A DNA stretch of 27,704 bases from Candidatus Calditenuaceae archaeon HR02 (lineage in GTDB: Archaea; Thermoproteota; Nitrososphaeria_A; Caldarchaeales; Calditenuaceae). Made by a program: the position numbers and the translations under genes. The stretch spans positions 1 to 27,704 of the forward strand of contig BEHE01000018.1 in NCBI GenBank assembly GCA_002898395.1. Direction: 5' to 3'. The notes under the pieces are model-generated. The model was not told the origin of the DNA, made no database searches, and saw only the letters and a list, made by a program, of their open reading frames with translations. Every line of letters begins with the position of its first letter. Within the stretch, counting starts at the first letter, position 1. Shown here piece by piece: positions 18,526 through 26,444 of this stretch.

Positions 18526-19629
18526 CTAGGTTGATGTGGCTAAAAAACCTCCTCCGTCCTCGCGTCCCTTCTCACCGCCACTCTGCTGTCCTCTCTTCTT
18601 TCTCAGGGCCGCCCGCCTAGCCCCCCGGCGATAGAATTGTATCGGGTTCCTTATGCCTGGGCATAGTCTTCCATCCTCTACGCATAGGCCGTGTGTCTTC
18701 ATTGTGCTGCATGAGGGTGGCGTGTATTTGACCCTGCTCCCCCTCTGCCCCGCTATGTGCTCTGTTTGGTAGCGCGCTATCTTTTCGTTGAAGTCGCTCC
18801 TCTGAGAGTACATGGCTATGACCTGCTCCTGGGTATATCCTGCTGTGAGCATGAAGGCGGCTAGGGCGAAGTTGGCGAAGTGGCCTACACCAAGCCCCGC
18901 GAGTAGCTCCCTCTTTATCTTAGCCATACAAGGCGGCCAGTATTCTTCACTTACTTGCCCAGCCTCAGCTTCATAGCTCCTCTTCGCCGCAAGCATCTCT
19001 CTGACCTTTTTTGCAACAGCTGAGAGGGGTTCGGGTAGGGGGATTCCGCGCGCATCCTCGTAGCGGCTCATAATCCGCTTCTGTATCGCCTCGACGGCAA
19101 TCCTCGCCAACTCCTTCGGAGTCACATAGACCCAACCCTTCCTCACAACTCTATTCACCAACTTCCACTCGAGGGCGTCTATACGGGCAGTCAGCGCCAG
19201 ATAGTGGGGGACCCATACTTTGTATGCTCCGAGCTCAGACTCGAAGGGCTGCGCGGGTTCAACCTTGATGCGGAGCTCTGTGCTGAGGAGCTCTACAACA
19301 ACCTCAGGGGCCTCCTCCTCTAGAAATCTACCACATCTAAGCGACTCAGCAAGGGCCCACCGCCGAGCCAACCAGTTATCACCGATGGAGGCCACTAGTA
19401 GTAGGGCTATGGCGAAGCTGAGAACCTCAACCTCCTCGTCTTGATGCAGCCCGATCATAGCTTCCTCCCCCCTCTCCAACGCCTCCGCTATCCGGCTAAG
19501 AGCCCTCTCCATATCACGCCCAAACTTCTCTGTGTCCAGCTCGTCAAGGGAGATTCCCCTTCTCGCCAAGTAGTCCCTAGCCGGGGCTATGAACGGGTAC
19601 TTGGCCAACATCCTCTCTGACCGTAGCAT
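18526..19629 (-). CDS. priL: DNA primase large (regulatory) subunit PriL
   Basis: It has the archaeal PriL N-terminus (AKYPFIAPARDYL). The Fe-S domain has four Cys (WPPCMAKI ... PPSCSTMKTHGLCVEDGRLCPGIRNPIQFY) and the HFANFALAAFM block. ATG 19629 is preferred over the ORF-track start at TTG 19635. Confidence 0.85.
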   Translation of the reverse strand: MLRSERMLAKYPFIAPARDYLARRGISLDELDTEKFGRDMERALSRIAEALERGEEAMIGLHQDEEVEVLSFAIALLLVASIGDNWLARRWALAESLRCGRFLEEEAPEVVVELLSTELRIKVEPAQPFESELGAYKVWVPHYLALTARIDALEWKLVNRVVRKGWVYVTPKELARIAVEAIQKRIMSRYEDARGIPLPEPLSAVAKKVREMLAAKRSYEAEAGQVSEEYWPPCMAKIKRELLAGLGVGHFANFALAAFMLTAGYTQEQVIAMYSQRSDFNEKIARYQTEHIAGQRGSRVKYTPPSCSTMKTHGLCVEDGRLCPGIRNPIQFYRRGARRAALRKKRGQQSGGEKGREDGGGFLATST

Positions 19630-19790
19630 AGACAAGGGAGGGCCTTCACCTAGTCATCATGACTGTGTGGGCACTGCTTAAATAGGCTACACCTCGACAA
19701 CCTTCATTAAGATTATCTTTCAGCGAGGTGTGGGTAAACGTTTTTAGGCCACACCCCGCGACTTGGCCCCGGAAAGGGTAGCCCGGTGGG

Positions 19791-20474
19791 ATGCGCTATC
19801 TTGGGCCGCTGGACAGGATAATAGGTCACTTCTGTCGCGAGGGGTACTCAGTCTCAGTGGGTGATGGGGTTGTATGGCTGAGCAGGGACGGCTCCAAGGG
19901 CGCAGTCTGGGTCGTACCGATAGGTGGGGGCTTGGACGAGATACTCTGGGCGGTAATGGGTGCTACAGAGTACGCCAACAGGTTTGGAAACTCGTATGTA
20001 GCCCTACCCGTCAACCTCGCCAAACGAATAGATGAGAGCCATTTCTGGACCTATGGCATCGGCCTACTCGTCTACGACGAGGATATGGTTAGAGAGATAC
20101 TTCAGCCACGCCCAAGAGCCGAGCCAAGAGAGCAGGCCACCACCCACCCTGAAGAGAGTGATGTTGAGACGGATGAGGAGAGGAGCAGTTTAGACAATGC
20201 GATACTCGAGGAGCTGCTTAGACGAGTTGAGAGGCTTGAGAGGGAGATTGCCAAGCTTGAGGAGCTAGAATTGCTGATGGCTAGAGTTGGGGTGTCGGAG
20301 AGTAGGGCTGGGACCCAAGCGAGGACAGCCCAGAGGCCCCTGCCACTCGTCGCTCCAGCCACAATACATTATCAGGCCGAACATGCGGTAAAAAGTATAA
20401 GCCACTCAGAAGAAAAGCTCCCATCCTACCTCCAAAATAATCCTTGGATAGAAGTCCTGGCGTCTAAGAGGTAG
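19791..20474 (+). CDS. Hypothetical protein with a compact N-terminal domain, acidic linker and coiled coil
   Basis: This 227 aa ORF starts with ATG. Its central segment LEELLRRVERLEREIAKLEELELL has heptad character. The C-terminal PSYLQNNPWIEVLASKR looks like a short conserved tail. I recognise no family. Confidence 0.5.
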   Translation: MRYLGPLDRIIGHFCREGYSVSVGDGVVWLSRDGSKGAVWVVPIGGGLDEILWAVMGATEYANRFGNSYVALPVNLAKRIDESHFWTYGIGLLVYDEDMVREILQPRPRAEPREQATTHPEESDVETDEERSSLDNAILEELLRRVERLEREIAKLEELELLMARVGVSESRAGTQARTAQRPLPLVAPATIHYQAEHAVKSISHSEEKLPSYLQNNPWIEVLASKR

Positions 20475-20482
20475 GAGAGCCC

Positions 20483-21817
20483 CTATCTTATCTCGATGTA
20501 CTGGTAGGCCTCTGTCAGGTTACTGAAGGCATAGTGAACCTTGTTGTAATCCTTCCTGAACTCTGTGACCTCCTGCCTAATCTTCTTCGGATCCTCGCCC
20601 CGGACGACCACCCTGGAGATGAATCGTGCTATCTCCTTCATCTCACTCGGCCCCATTCCTAACCTCGTAACCTCCTGCACACCTATCCGGACACCGCTCG
20701 GATTCCTATAGTCCGTCTTCAACTCATAGTCCTTTGGTATGAGGTTTCTGTTCAACACAATCCCCGCCTCCTCAAGCTTTACCTCCGCATCCCTTCCACC
20801 CATGAACTTGCTCACATCTATCAAGACTATGTGCGACTCGGTGTACCCTAGCTCCTCGTATAGTGGGGAGAGACCCTCCTCGTGTAGGGCCTCTGCGATT
20901 GCCTTGGCGTTCCTCACGATTTCGCGCGCATATTGGTGGTAGAAGGCCAGCGCTTCTGCGAGGGCTATAGCGACTCCGGCCACTGCGTGAAGGTGGTGGT
21001 TGCTGTGCAGTGGTGGGAACATTACATTCTTAAGCTGCTCGGCATATTTTTCATTACTGACGACCATCCCATGCTGGGGGCCAGCCAGTGTCTTGTGCGT
21101 GCTCATGGTCATTACATCAGCTCCCTCAGCTAGTGGTTTTTGAAAGACCCCACCCGCTATTAGCCCAGCCACGTGGGCCGCGTCATAGACTACGGCTGCC
21201 CCATACTCCGAGGCAAGCCCAGCAATCTCCCTAACTGGATGTGGAAAGAGGAATACACTTGCACCGAGCATGAAGATTTTGGGCTTCACCCCACCATCCT
21301 TCTCGAGCCGCTTCCTGGTCCCATCCACATCGATGTTGAATCTCTCGTAGTCAAACTCATATCTTACCACCTCAAGCCCTCTTACCCTCCCCGCAGTACC
21401 ATTCCATGATCGTTTACCATGGCTTATGTGGCCTCCATGGGGTACGGCGAGGGCAACCATGACGTCTCCAGGCTCTGCGAGGGCAGTATAGGCCGCCAGA
21501 TTGGCTACTACACCCGATATAGGCCTCAGGTCTGCAAAAGGTGCATCAAACACCTTCTTCGCAAGATCAACACCTATAAGCTCCACCTCGTCAATCCACC
21601 TACAGCCGGCGTAGAGCCTCTCACCAGGATACCCCTCAGCATATCGGTTACCAAAGTCGCTGGCAAGAGCCTCTCTCACAGCCGGGCTGGGGACATTCTC
21701 ACTGGCGACTAGAGGGATGGCGCTCCTGAAAAAATCGTGATGAGCCCTTAGACACTCTAAGACCCTTTTGAAGTATTTGTATCCCATCTCGTAATTCTCC
21801 TTAAACTGCAGCTCCAC
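20483..21817 (-). CDS. glyA: Serine hydroxymethyltransferase
   Basis: SHMT blocks are present: LVASENVPSPAVREALASDFGNRYAEGYPGERLYAGC and the PLP-lysine block MSTHKTLAGPQHG. The start is GTG 21817, with ATG 21787 as an alternative. Confidence 0.9.
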   Translation of the reverse strand: MELQFKENYEMGYKYFKRVLECLRAHHDFFRSAIPLVASENVPSPAVREALASDFGNRYAEGYPGERLYAGCRWIDEVELIGVDLAKKVFDAPFADLRPISGVVANLAAYTALAEPGDVMVALAVPHGGHISHGKRSWNGTAGRVRGLEVVRYEFDYERFNIDVDGTRKRLEKDGGVKPKIFMLGASVFLFPHPVREIAGLASEYGAAVVYDAAHVAGLIAGGVFQKPLAEGADVMTMSTHKTLAGPQHGMVVSNEKYAEQLKNVMFPPLHSNHHLHAVAGVAIALAEALAFYHQYAREIVRNAKAIAEALHEEGLSPLYEELGYTESHIVLIDVSKFMGGRDAEVKLEEAGIVLNRNLIPKDYELKTDYRNPSGVRIGVQEVTRLGMGPSEMKEIARFISRVVVRGEDPKKIRQEVTEFRKDYNKVHYAFSNLTEAYQYIEIR

Positions 21818-22119
21818 TCCGTCCCACGAAGTGGCGAGTTAAAACCTATTATTTAAGTTGTTGTCTATATAGACTTGAGTTAAGAGCTATCTTTTTGATT
21901 TGTTTCTTTGTTTTTGTGTTGCATCTGGGGCATCTAATCTGCTTTGTGTGTATGTATTGTTGGCTTTTTGAGCAGTATTTAAATCCCCTACTATATGCAC
22001 CACTCCTGGCGGCGGGGTAGTATCTGGGACTTAAGCCTTCAAGCCTTACTCTAAGCGTGTCTGAAGAGTAGTCTTACCCTGATTGGCCTCTTCCTGTTTA
22101 ATAAATAATAGCTCACAAT

Positions 22120-22560
22120 AATCATGTATTGGTTAGGGAGGCTCTAGCTGAGTTACTGACTTATGTTGATTTCAGTAAGTCCTTCAGAAGGGTTCGAGGA
22201 TGCTTAAAGCTGTACCGACGACGGTCGAATAATAAAAGGTATGGACATGAGGTACGAGAAGCATTGGGAAGACTTACGATGGCGGTAATTGGTAGATATA
22301 AGTTGAGGGCTAGGTATCAGGATAATGTGTTGATGAGAGTCTGGCTGATGTTCCGGAGGGAGACCCGGAGGCCGGCGGGCATACCGGCCCAGCAACAGGG
22401 ATAAAACCCGAGGCCGGTATGTCCTGTTATTTAACGGACTGGCTTTCGCCAGTCATGTCGAACCCTTAAACAACCGGCCTCGTTTGGGTTTCCTAGGTGT
22501 TGTTAGGATGGTTGTCCGCCGGCTAACCTCCCTCCCCCATTTTCTTCAAAAATTTGTGTG
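22120..22560 (+). mobile_element. 5'-truncated second copy of the IS110-like element (C-terminal recombinase fragment plus complete conserved 3' end)
   Basis: It aligns by eye with about 1511-1950 of copy 1 at roughly 70-80% nucleotide identity. Hairpin A pairs 22377-22389 with 22412-22424, and hairpin B pairs 22437-22443 with 22448-22454. There is no counterpart to the N-terminal DEDD domain. Confidence 0.55.
22129..22404 (+). pseudogene. Remnant ORF equal to the last ~90 residues of the IS110-like recombinase
   Basis: The 91 codons are about 72% identical by my hand count to residues about 193-283 of the 943-1818 protein. The GL-YR-RSNNKRY block is conserved. The frame is still open but lacks the whole catalytic N-terminal domain. 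Confidence 0.5.
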
Positions 22561-22685
22561 CTGTCGCTATGTCTGAGAGGAGTTATAGAGAGGTGTTTGA
22601 GTGCTTCATGCTGGGTTTGTTGAGCGAGCTTTAGAGTCATAACTGGGAAAAGTGGGATTATGGTACATGTTAATTGGGTCTCTTT

Positions 22686-23084
22686 TCAAGATGGGGTTGG
22701 TCTTACCGCTCCGCGAATAGTCAAGTATGTGAATGCTATTGAGGAGATTAGGCAGGGGCCGGCGGCTAGGAGGGGTGTCTCCAATGGGGGTTGAGGGCTC
22801 ATGGTTAGGAGGGCTGGGAAGAGAAGCGCAGCGGCTGTGTGGGTGTCAGACCATCCCTGGGAGAGTAGGGATGCTGCGAGGATTAGGAGGAGGGATTGAA
22901 GACTGCTCGCTCGCTCGACGTGAGCGAGCAGAATTACAAGGGAAGCGCCTCCGAGGCCGCGCTCCGACTCCGCGAGAGCGTAAAGCTCCATCCGTTCCTT
23001 GGCGGTCTTGATCAGATCATTTTGGAGCCTCTTCTTCTCGGCCAGCAGCCGCCTCCTCAACAGCACAAGCTCCTTCAGCTCCAA
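22686..23084 (-). CDS. Coiled-coil plus 2-3 TM protein; downstream half of a gene split by an in-frame TAA
   Basis: It has a TTG start, an N-terminal heptad-rich segment LKELVLLRRRLLAEKKRLQNDLIKTAKERMELYALAE, and then hydrophobic helices. It is in the same reading frame as 23097-23402. Confidence 0.4.
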   Translation of the reverse strand: MELKELVLLRRRLLAEKKRLQNDLIKTAKERMELYALAESERGLGGASLVILLAHVERASSLQSLLLILAASLLSQGWSDTHTAAALLFPALLTMSPQPPLETPLLAAGPCLISSIAFTYLTIRGAVRPTPS

Positions 23085-23096
23085 TCCATCCTTCTC

Positions 23097-23402
23097 TTAA
23101 ATCTTCAGCACCTTGATTCTCGCCACAAGCTTATTGTATCTCTCGATTAGTGGCTGTAGCCTCGCCCTCACCTCGACCACTCCCTCCCCCAACCCCTTAA
23201 ACAACCTATCAGGAATCCTGGAGAGGACGACCGCGTCATTCACATCACTCTTCTTCAACCCGTTTTCCCTCCTAGCGCTCTTGATGGCGCTGGTCGGGTT
23301 CTGAGCCCATATAACTCTATCCAAGACTACTGGTTCTTGGCCATCCCCATCCTGGATACTTACTAATGCCTCGATAATGCTTTCACCCCTTTCTTTATAC
23401 AT
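23097..23402 (-). CDS. Small soluble protein ending in a coiled coil; upstream half of the split gene
   Basis: This 101 aa ORF ends RARLQPLIERYNKLVARIKVLKI, followed by TAA at 23097-23099. ATG 23402 overlaps the upstream gene by 40 nt. Confidence 0.4.
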   Translation of the reverse strand: MYKERGESIIEALVSIQDGDGQEPVVLDRVIWAQNPTSAIKSARRENGLKKSDVNDAVVLSRIPDRLFKGLGEGVVEVRARLQPLIERYNKLVARIKVLKI

Positions 23403-24370
23403 CCATGCTTGAAGCTCATAATGCTGCTGATAAATAGGTTTACGAGCGATATTACGAGGAAGAGCAGAGCCACAATACCCACCTTATTGAAGCCACTAAG
23501 AAATAATAGCTGAAGTGGAACATGGAATGGGAACAACATGCTTGCCAATGGGCCCGCAAAGTACATTGTAGCATAGCCTGCCGCGGACGCTCTACTCCTC
23601 TCCCTATCTATCCTGAGACCTAAAGCAACGAACAATATCCTATACTGTGGGCTTATCTTCAATGCTCTAACCAGGTTTGATATGCCGATGTAGAAGTTGG
23701 AGAATCTCACACCCACGAGCACACCAACTGTGAGGTGGAGTAGATCGTGTGTAAAAAACCATAGTAGGAGCCACGAGATTCCACATGCCATGAATAGCAG
23801 ATACTGGTTAAGATTAAGGTATTGAGCATACACGGGAATCAACAGGCCTAATATGGTCATTGCTACGCATAATGCTGTGCCCTTTCCTAGGCCTATAACC
23901 GTAGGATCAACATACACAGCCACGCGGCTGCTATCGGCTTCTAGCAGATTTCTGATCATCTGGCCTCTATAATTTAATATGCGTTTCATCATTCTCCCGG
24001 CGAGCCTATCTCCTATAGGTCCAAGAACGGTCCTAAACTCTATTCTATCCTCTATTACGCATCTACCGCCATATACCTCTCTGACAATATGTTTATGCCT
24101 CCAGATAAGGAAGGGCGAGACAGTGGCCTCGTCCATGAACCATCTGCCCTCCTCGTAATCTTTGACTATAGAGTGCCATTCAAACCTCTGGCCCAGAAGC
24201 CTCGCCTCCACCTTCATCCTAGATCCTTTGGATATGCGCTCTGGTGCCTCAAGTACCCTGAGCCTTAGACTCGGGGGGTATACAAGCTCCATGTTCTTGG
24301 GGCTGGCTATGAATCTAAATGCGGTGGCAGCATCGACACCAACCTCTAAGCTTGACAAGATAAAACCCAT
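23363..24370 (-). CDS. SRPBCC (START/polyketide-cyclase-like) domain fused to a 5-6 TM membrane domain with an HDLLH motif
   Basis: The N-terminal roughly 145 aa carry FEWHSIVKDYEEGRWFMDEATVSPFLIWRHKHIV...IEDRIEF, typical of the SRPBCC ligand-binding fold. The C-terminal half is hydrophobic helices carrying FFTHDLLHLTVG (nt 23735-23749). Confidence 0.7.
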   Translation of the reverse strand: MGFILSSLEVGVDAATAFRFIASPKNMELVYPPSLRLRVLEAPERISKGSRMKVEARLLGQRFEWHSIVKDYEEGRWFMDEATVSPFLIWRHKHIVREVYGGRCVIEDRIEFRTVLGPIGDRLAGRMMKRILNYRGQMIRNLLEADSSRVAVYVDPTVIGLGKGTALCVAMTILGLLIPVYAQYLNLNQYLLFMACGISWLLLWFFTHDLLHLTVGVLVGVRFSNFYIGISNLVRALKISPQYRILFVALGLRIDRERSRASAAGYATMYFAGPLASMLFPFHVPLQLLFLSGFNKVGIVALLFLVISLVNLFISSIMSFKHGCIKKGVKALSRH

Positions 24371-24394
24371 GTTACTTCTCCTGATGCGTTAGCG

Positions 24395-24404
24395 CTTATA
24401 AATT
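24395..24404 (-). promoter_or_regulatory. TATA-box-like element for the SRPBCC-membrane operon
   Basis: The minus strand reads AATTTATAAG, centred about 30 nt upstream of ATG 24370. Confidence 0.35.
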
Positions 24405-24521
24405 CCACCCTATTCACTATATCTCTGAGTTTATGTTGTTGCATACTACATTCCTTCCGTCTAGGAGCTCAAATTTAAGGCTCTTATACTAAGCGAGGTC
24501 CGCTTTTCTTCGGAGCTGGGG

Positions 24522-25088
24522 GTGTGGTATCTGAGCCGGAAATACGGGCTCGGGGACAGCGGCGAGACAAGCCTTTTCGGTGGCAGGAGGGTTTCGAAGA
24601 GCGACCTGAGGGTTGAGTGTTACGGCGAGGTTGACGAGCTCTCGTCGATTATAGGCCTCTGCCGGGCTGTACTATGTGAGAAACACCCTGAGATTAACAA
24701 GCTCCTGCTAGACGTTCAGACGGCCTTGTTCAGAATAGCGGCGGAGCTGGCGAGCGAAGATCCGGGAAAGCTCGGGCTGGAGTTGATAGGGGAGCGTGAT
24801 GTTGCTGTCCTCGACGAGCATGTAGAGAGGATAGAGTCTAGGCTTCCACAGCTGAGACACTTCATCTACCCTGGCGGATCCCTGCCTGCAAGCATGCTTC
24901 ACGTGGCTAGAGCCGTCGCGAGAAGGGCTGAGCGTAGAGCCGTGTCGTTAAACAGTAGAGAGAGTATTAACCCCAATATCCTAAGCTATCTCAATAGATT
25001 GTCAACACTCCTCTTCTCTCTAGCCAGATATGTGAACGTGGTGGAGGGTGTCTCGGAGGATATCTGGCTTGGAAGAGGAATAGAGTAG
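24522..25088 (+). CDS. PduO-type ATP:cob(I)alamin (corrinoid) adenosyltransferase
   Basis: Family blocks are present: GDSGETSLFGGRRVSKSDLRVECYGEVDELSSIIG, FIYPGGS and HVARAVARRAER. Confidence 0.8.
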   Translation: MWYLSRKYGLGDSGETSLFGGRRVSKSDLRVECYGEVDELSSIIGLCRAVLCEKHPEINKLLLDVQTALFRIAAELASEDPGKLGLELIGERDVAVLDEHVERIESRLPQLRHFIYPGGSLPASMLHVARAVARRAERRAVSLNSRESINPNILSYLNRLSTLLFSLARYVNVVEGVSEDIWLGRGIE

Positions 25089-25089
25089 C

Positions 25090-25722
25090 TTATGTTGGCT
25101 TGGAGCCCTTCTTCTTCGCCTTGACCAGCTCGGAGACAAGATATTCGGCCGAGTCGACCGCCTCCTCTGCGGTAAAGATGCTAAGGTATGAGGAGCTGAA
25201 CATAATGTTTGCGGTGGGTGACCTGTAGATTCTCTCGGCACCAACCCAGAGCTGGAGTAGGAGCCTCATCATGGGGAATAGGTTGAAGGAATAGCTTAGG
25301 CCACCGAATTTTTCCTTTTCACCATCAATAGCCCTACAGGCCGTGTCAAATCCCACCGGGTCATAACCGAAGTGTTCGATGAGTGGCCTGTAGACTCGCC
25401 TCATCATATTTCCGGCGTATGACTGACCGTTTGGGAACTTCTCCAACGGGACCCAATCCCCCGGCTTGGCTCCCACATACTTGGCCAGATATTTTATGAG
25501 TAGGTGCGCCAGCTTAGGTTGTGATGGTTTATGGGTTACAGCATCCGTGACAACACCGGAGGCTAGGTCTAAGACATACGAGCCGTTAAGGACGTTCACT
25601 AGGAACCTATCACCCTTTCCCTCTCTTGGCGGGAGATGGACGACATGGCAGAGCTTTACAACCTGCTCGGGAGAACGCTGTCTGAGCTCGGCTAAAAGGG
25701 CGTCCAACTCCTCCCCCTGCAT
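25090..25722 (-). CDS. DUF3786-like protein (tentative)
   Basis: This 210 aa ORF has a pattern VPLEKFPNGQSYAGNMMRRVYRPLIEHFG ... FNLFPMMRLLLQLWVGAERIYRSPTANIMFSSS that resembles DUF3786. A TATA-like sequence at 25745-25753 (minus strand) lies about 27 nt upstream of the ATG. Confidence 0.45.
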   Translation of the reverse strand: MQGEELDALLAELRQRSPEQVVKLCHVVHLPPREGKGDRFLVNVLNGSYVLDLASGVVTDAVTHKPSQPKLAHLLIKYLAKYVGAKPGDWVPLEKFPNGQSYAGNMMRRVYRPLIEHFGYDPVGFDTACRAIDGEKEKFGGLSYSFNLFPMMRLLLQLWVGAERIYRSPTANIMFSSSYLSIFTAEEAVDSAEYLVSELVKAKKKGSKPT

Positions 25723-25798
25723 ACATTTTTTGATGCCTAGCTTACATAAAATGATTTTAACTATTTCCCCAGCCTATAAGCCTTGGCCGGATGCCGCA

Positions 25799-26296
25799 CT
25801 AGTCATGCCCCGTATGAGGGCCCTCGGCCGGGGTCTCTAGGTGCTGCTCCTTAGCCTCGAAGTCTAATGCGGTTCCACTGCTCAGTATCAGCCTAACCTT
25901 GATAGCTTGGACACCTTCGGGAATGTTCCCCATAAGCATGATATGGTGCCCATCGCCCTCAACACCTAATGCCCTGACCTCTCCTCCCGGCGGGATGCAT
26001 ATCTTCTCAACACCCTGCATCTTCGCCACGCCATTCTCGATGATCGTGCGATGCAGTTCAGCCCTAATATCCGCCGGCTCAAGAACCTCAGCACCTACAA
26101 TGCATACCTCCGTTAATCCGTGATTATGTGCTATAAAGAACACTCCTCCGCCCGCCGCCCCTCTTCTAAAGAAGGCCACATGCACCTCAACCCCCTCACC
26201 ACTCCGCGTTGAGAGCAGGAGGAATACACTCGCTACCACAACCGCAACAATCACTACAGAGACAGGAACTAGCCATACCCTCTGAAGACCAGACAT
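25799..26296 (-). CDS. PCu(A)C-type (DUF461) periplasmic copper chaperone-like protein
   Basis: There is a signal-anchor (MSGLQRVWLVPVSVVIVAVVVASVFLLL). The core ELHRTIIENGVAKMQGVEKICIPPGGEVRAL...GHHIMLMG matches the H-x(n)-M ... HxM copper-binding pattern of PCuAC. The start is taken at internal ATG 26296 rather than the ORF-track start at 26365. Confidence 0.65.
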   Translation of the reverse strand: MSGLQRVWLVPVSVVIVAVVVASVFLLLSTRSGEGVEVHVAFFRRGAAGGGVFFIAHNHGLTEVCIVGAEVLEPADIRAELHRTIIENGVAKMQGVEKICIPPGGEVRALGVEGDGHHIMLMGNIPEGVQAIKVRLILSSGTALDFEAKEQHLETPAEGPHTGHD

Positions 26297-26412
26297 TTGG
26301 CAGAGCTTTTTGCCACGGGATAAAACCGTCACAGCTTCTCCGCCTACGGCGTCTATATAGTTCATATTTAAGTTTTCCGGCGCCGCACAATAAAGAGAGC
26401 CTATGAATCAGG

Positions 26413-26422
26413 TTAAAATTTT
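26413..26422 (+). promoter_or_regulatory. TATA-box-like element for the ASKHA-fold gene
   Basis: ttaaaatttt is centred about 28 nt upstream of ATG 26445. Confidence 0.35.
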
Positions 26423-26444
26423 CTTTCCATAGTTATTGGCGAGA

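Noticed and set aside
19652-19664. Palindrome agtcatcatgact, which reads AUGAUGA (C-box-like) on the minus strand.
   Set aside because: No D box (CUGA) lies at a suitable distance on that strand. It sits in the priL promoter/leader region and is more likely a DNA dyad or chance.
22733-23304. Plus-strand ORFs 22733-23011, 22896-23150 and 23113-23304.
   Set aside because: They are Gly/Arg/Leu-rich peptides opposite the co-directional minus-strand gene series, whose coiled-coil and TM features are coherent.
24382-24427. CUGAUGC ... CUGA pair as a possible C/D-box sRNA.
   Set aside because: The C box has two mismatches to RUGAUGA. The region is better explained as divergent promoters with TATA boxes.
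26196-26406. Small Cys/Arg-rich ORFs around the 5' end of the PCu(A)C-like gene, and that gene's 23-codon upstream extension.
   Set aside because: They are shadow frames of the signal-anchor region. The chaperone most plausibly starts at ATG 26296.
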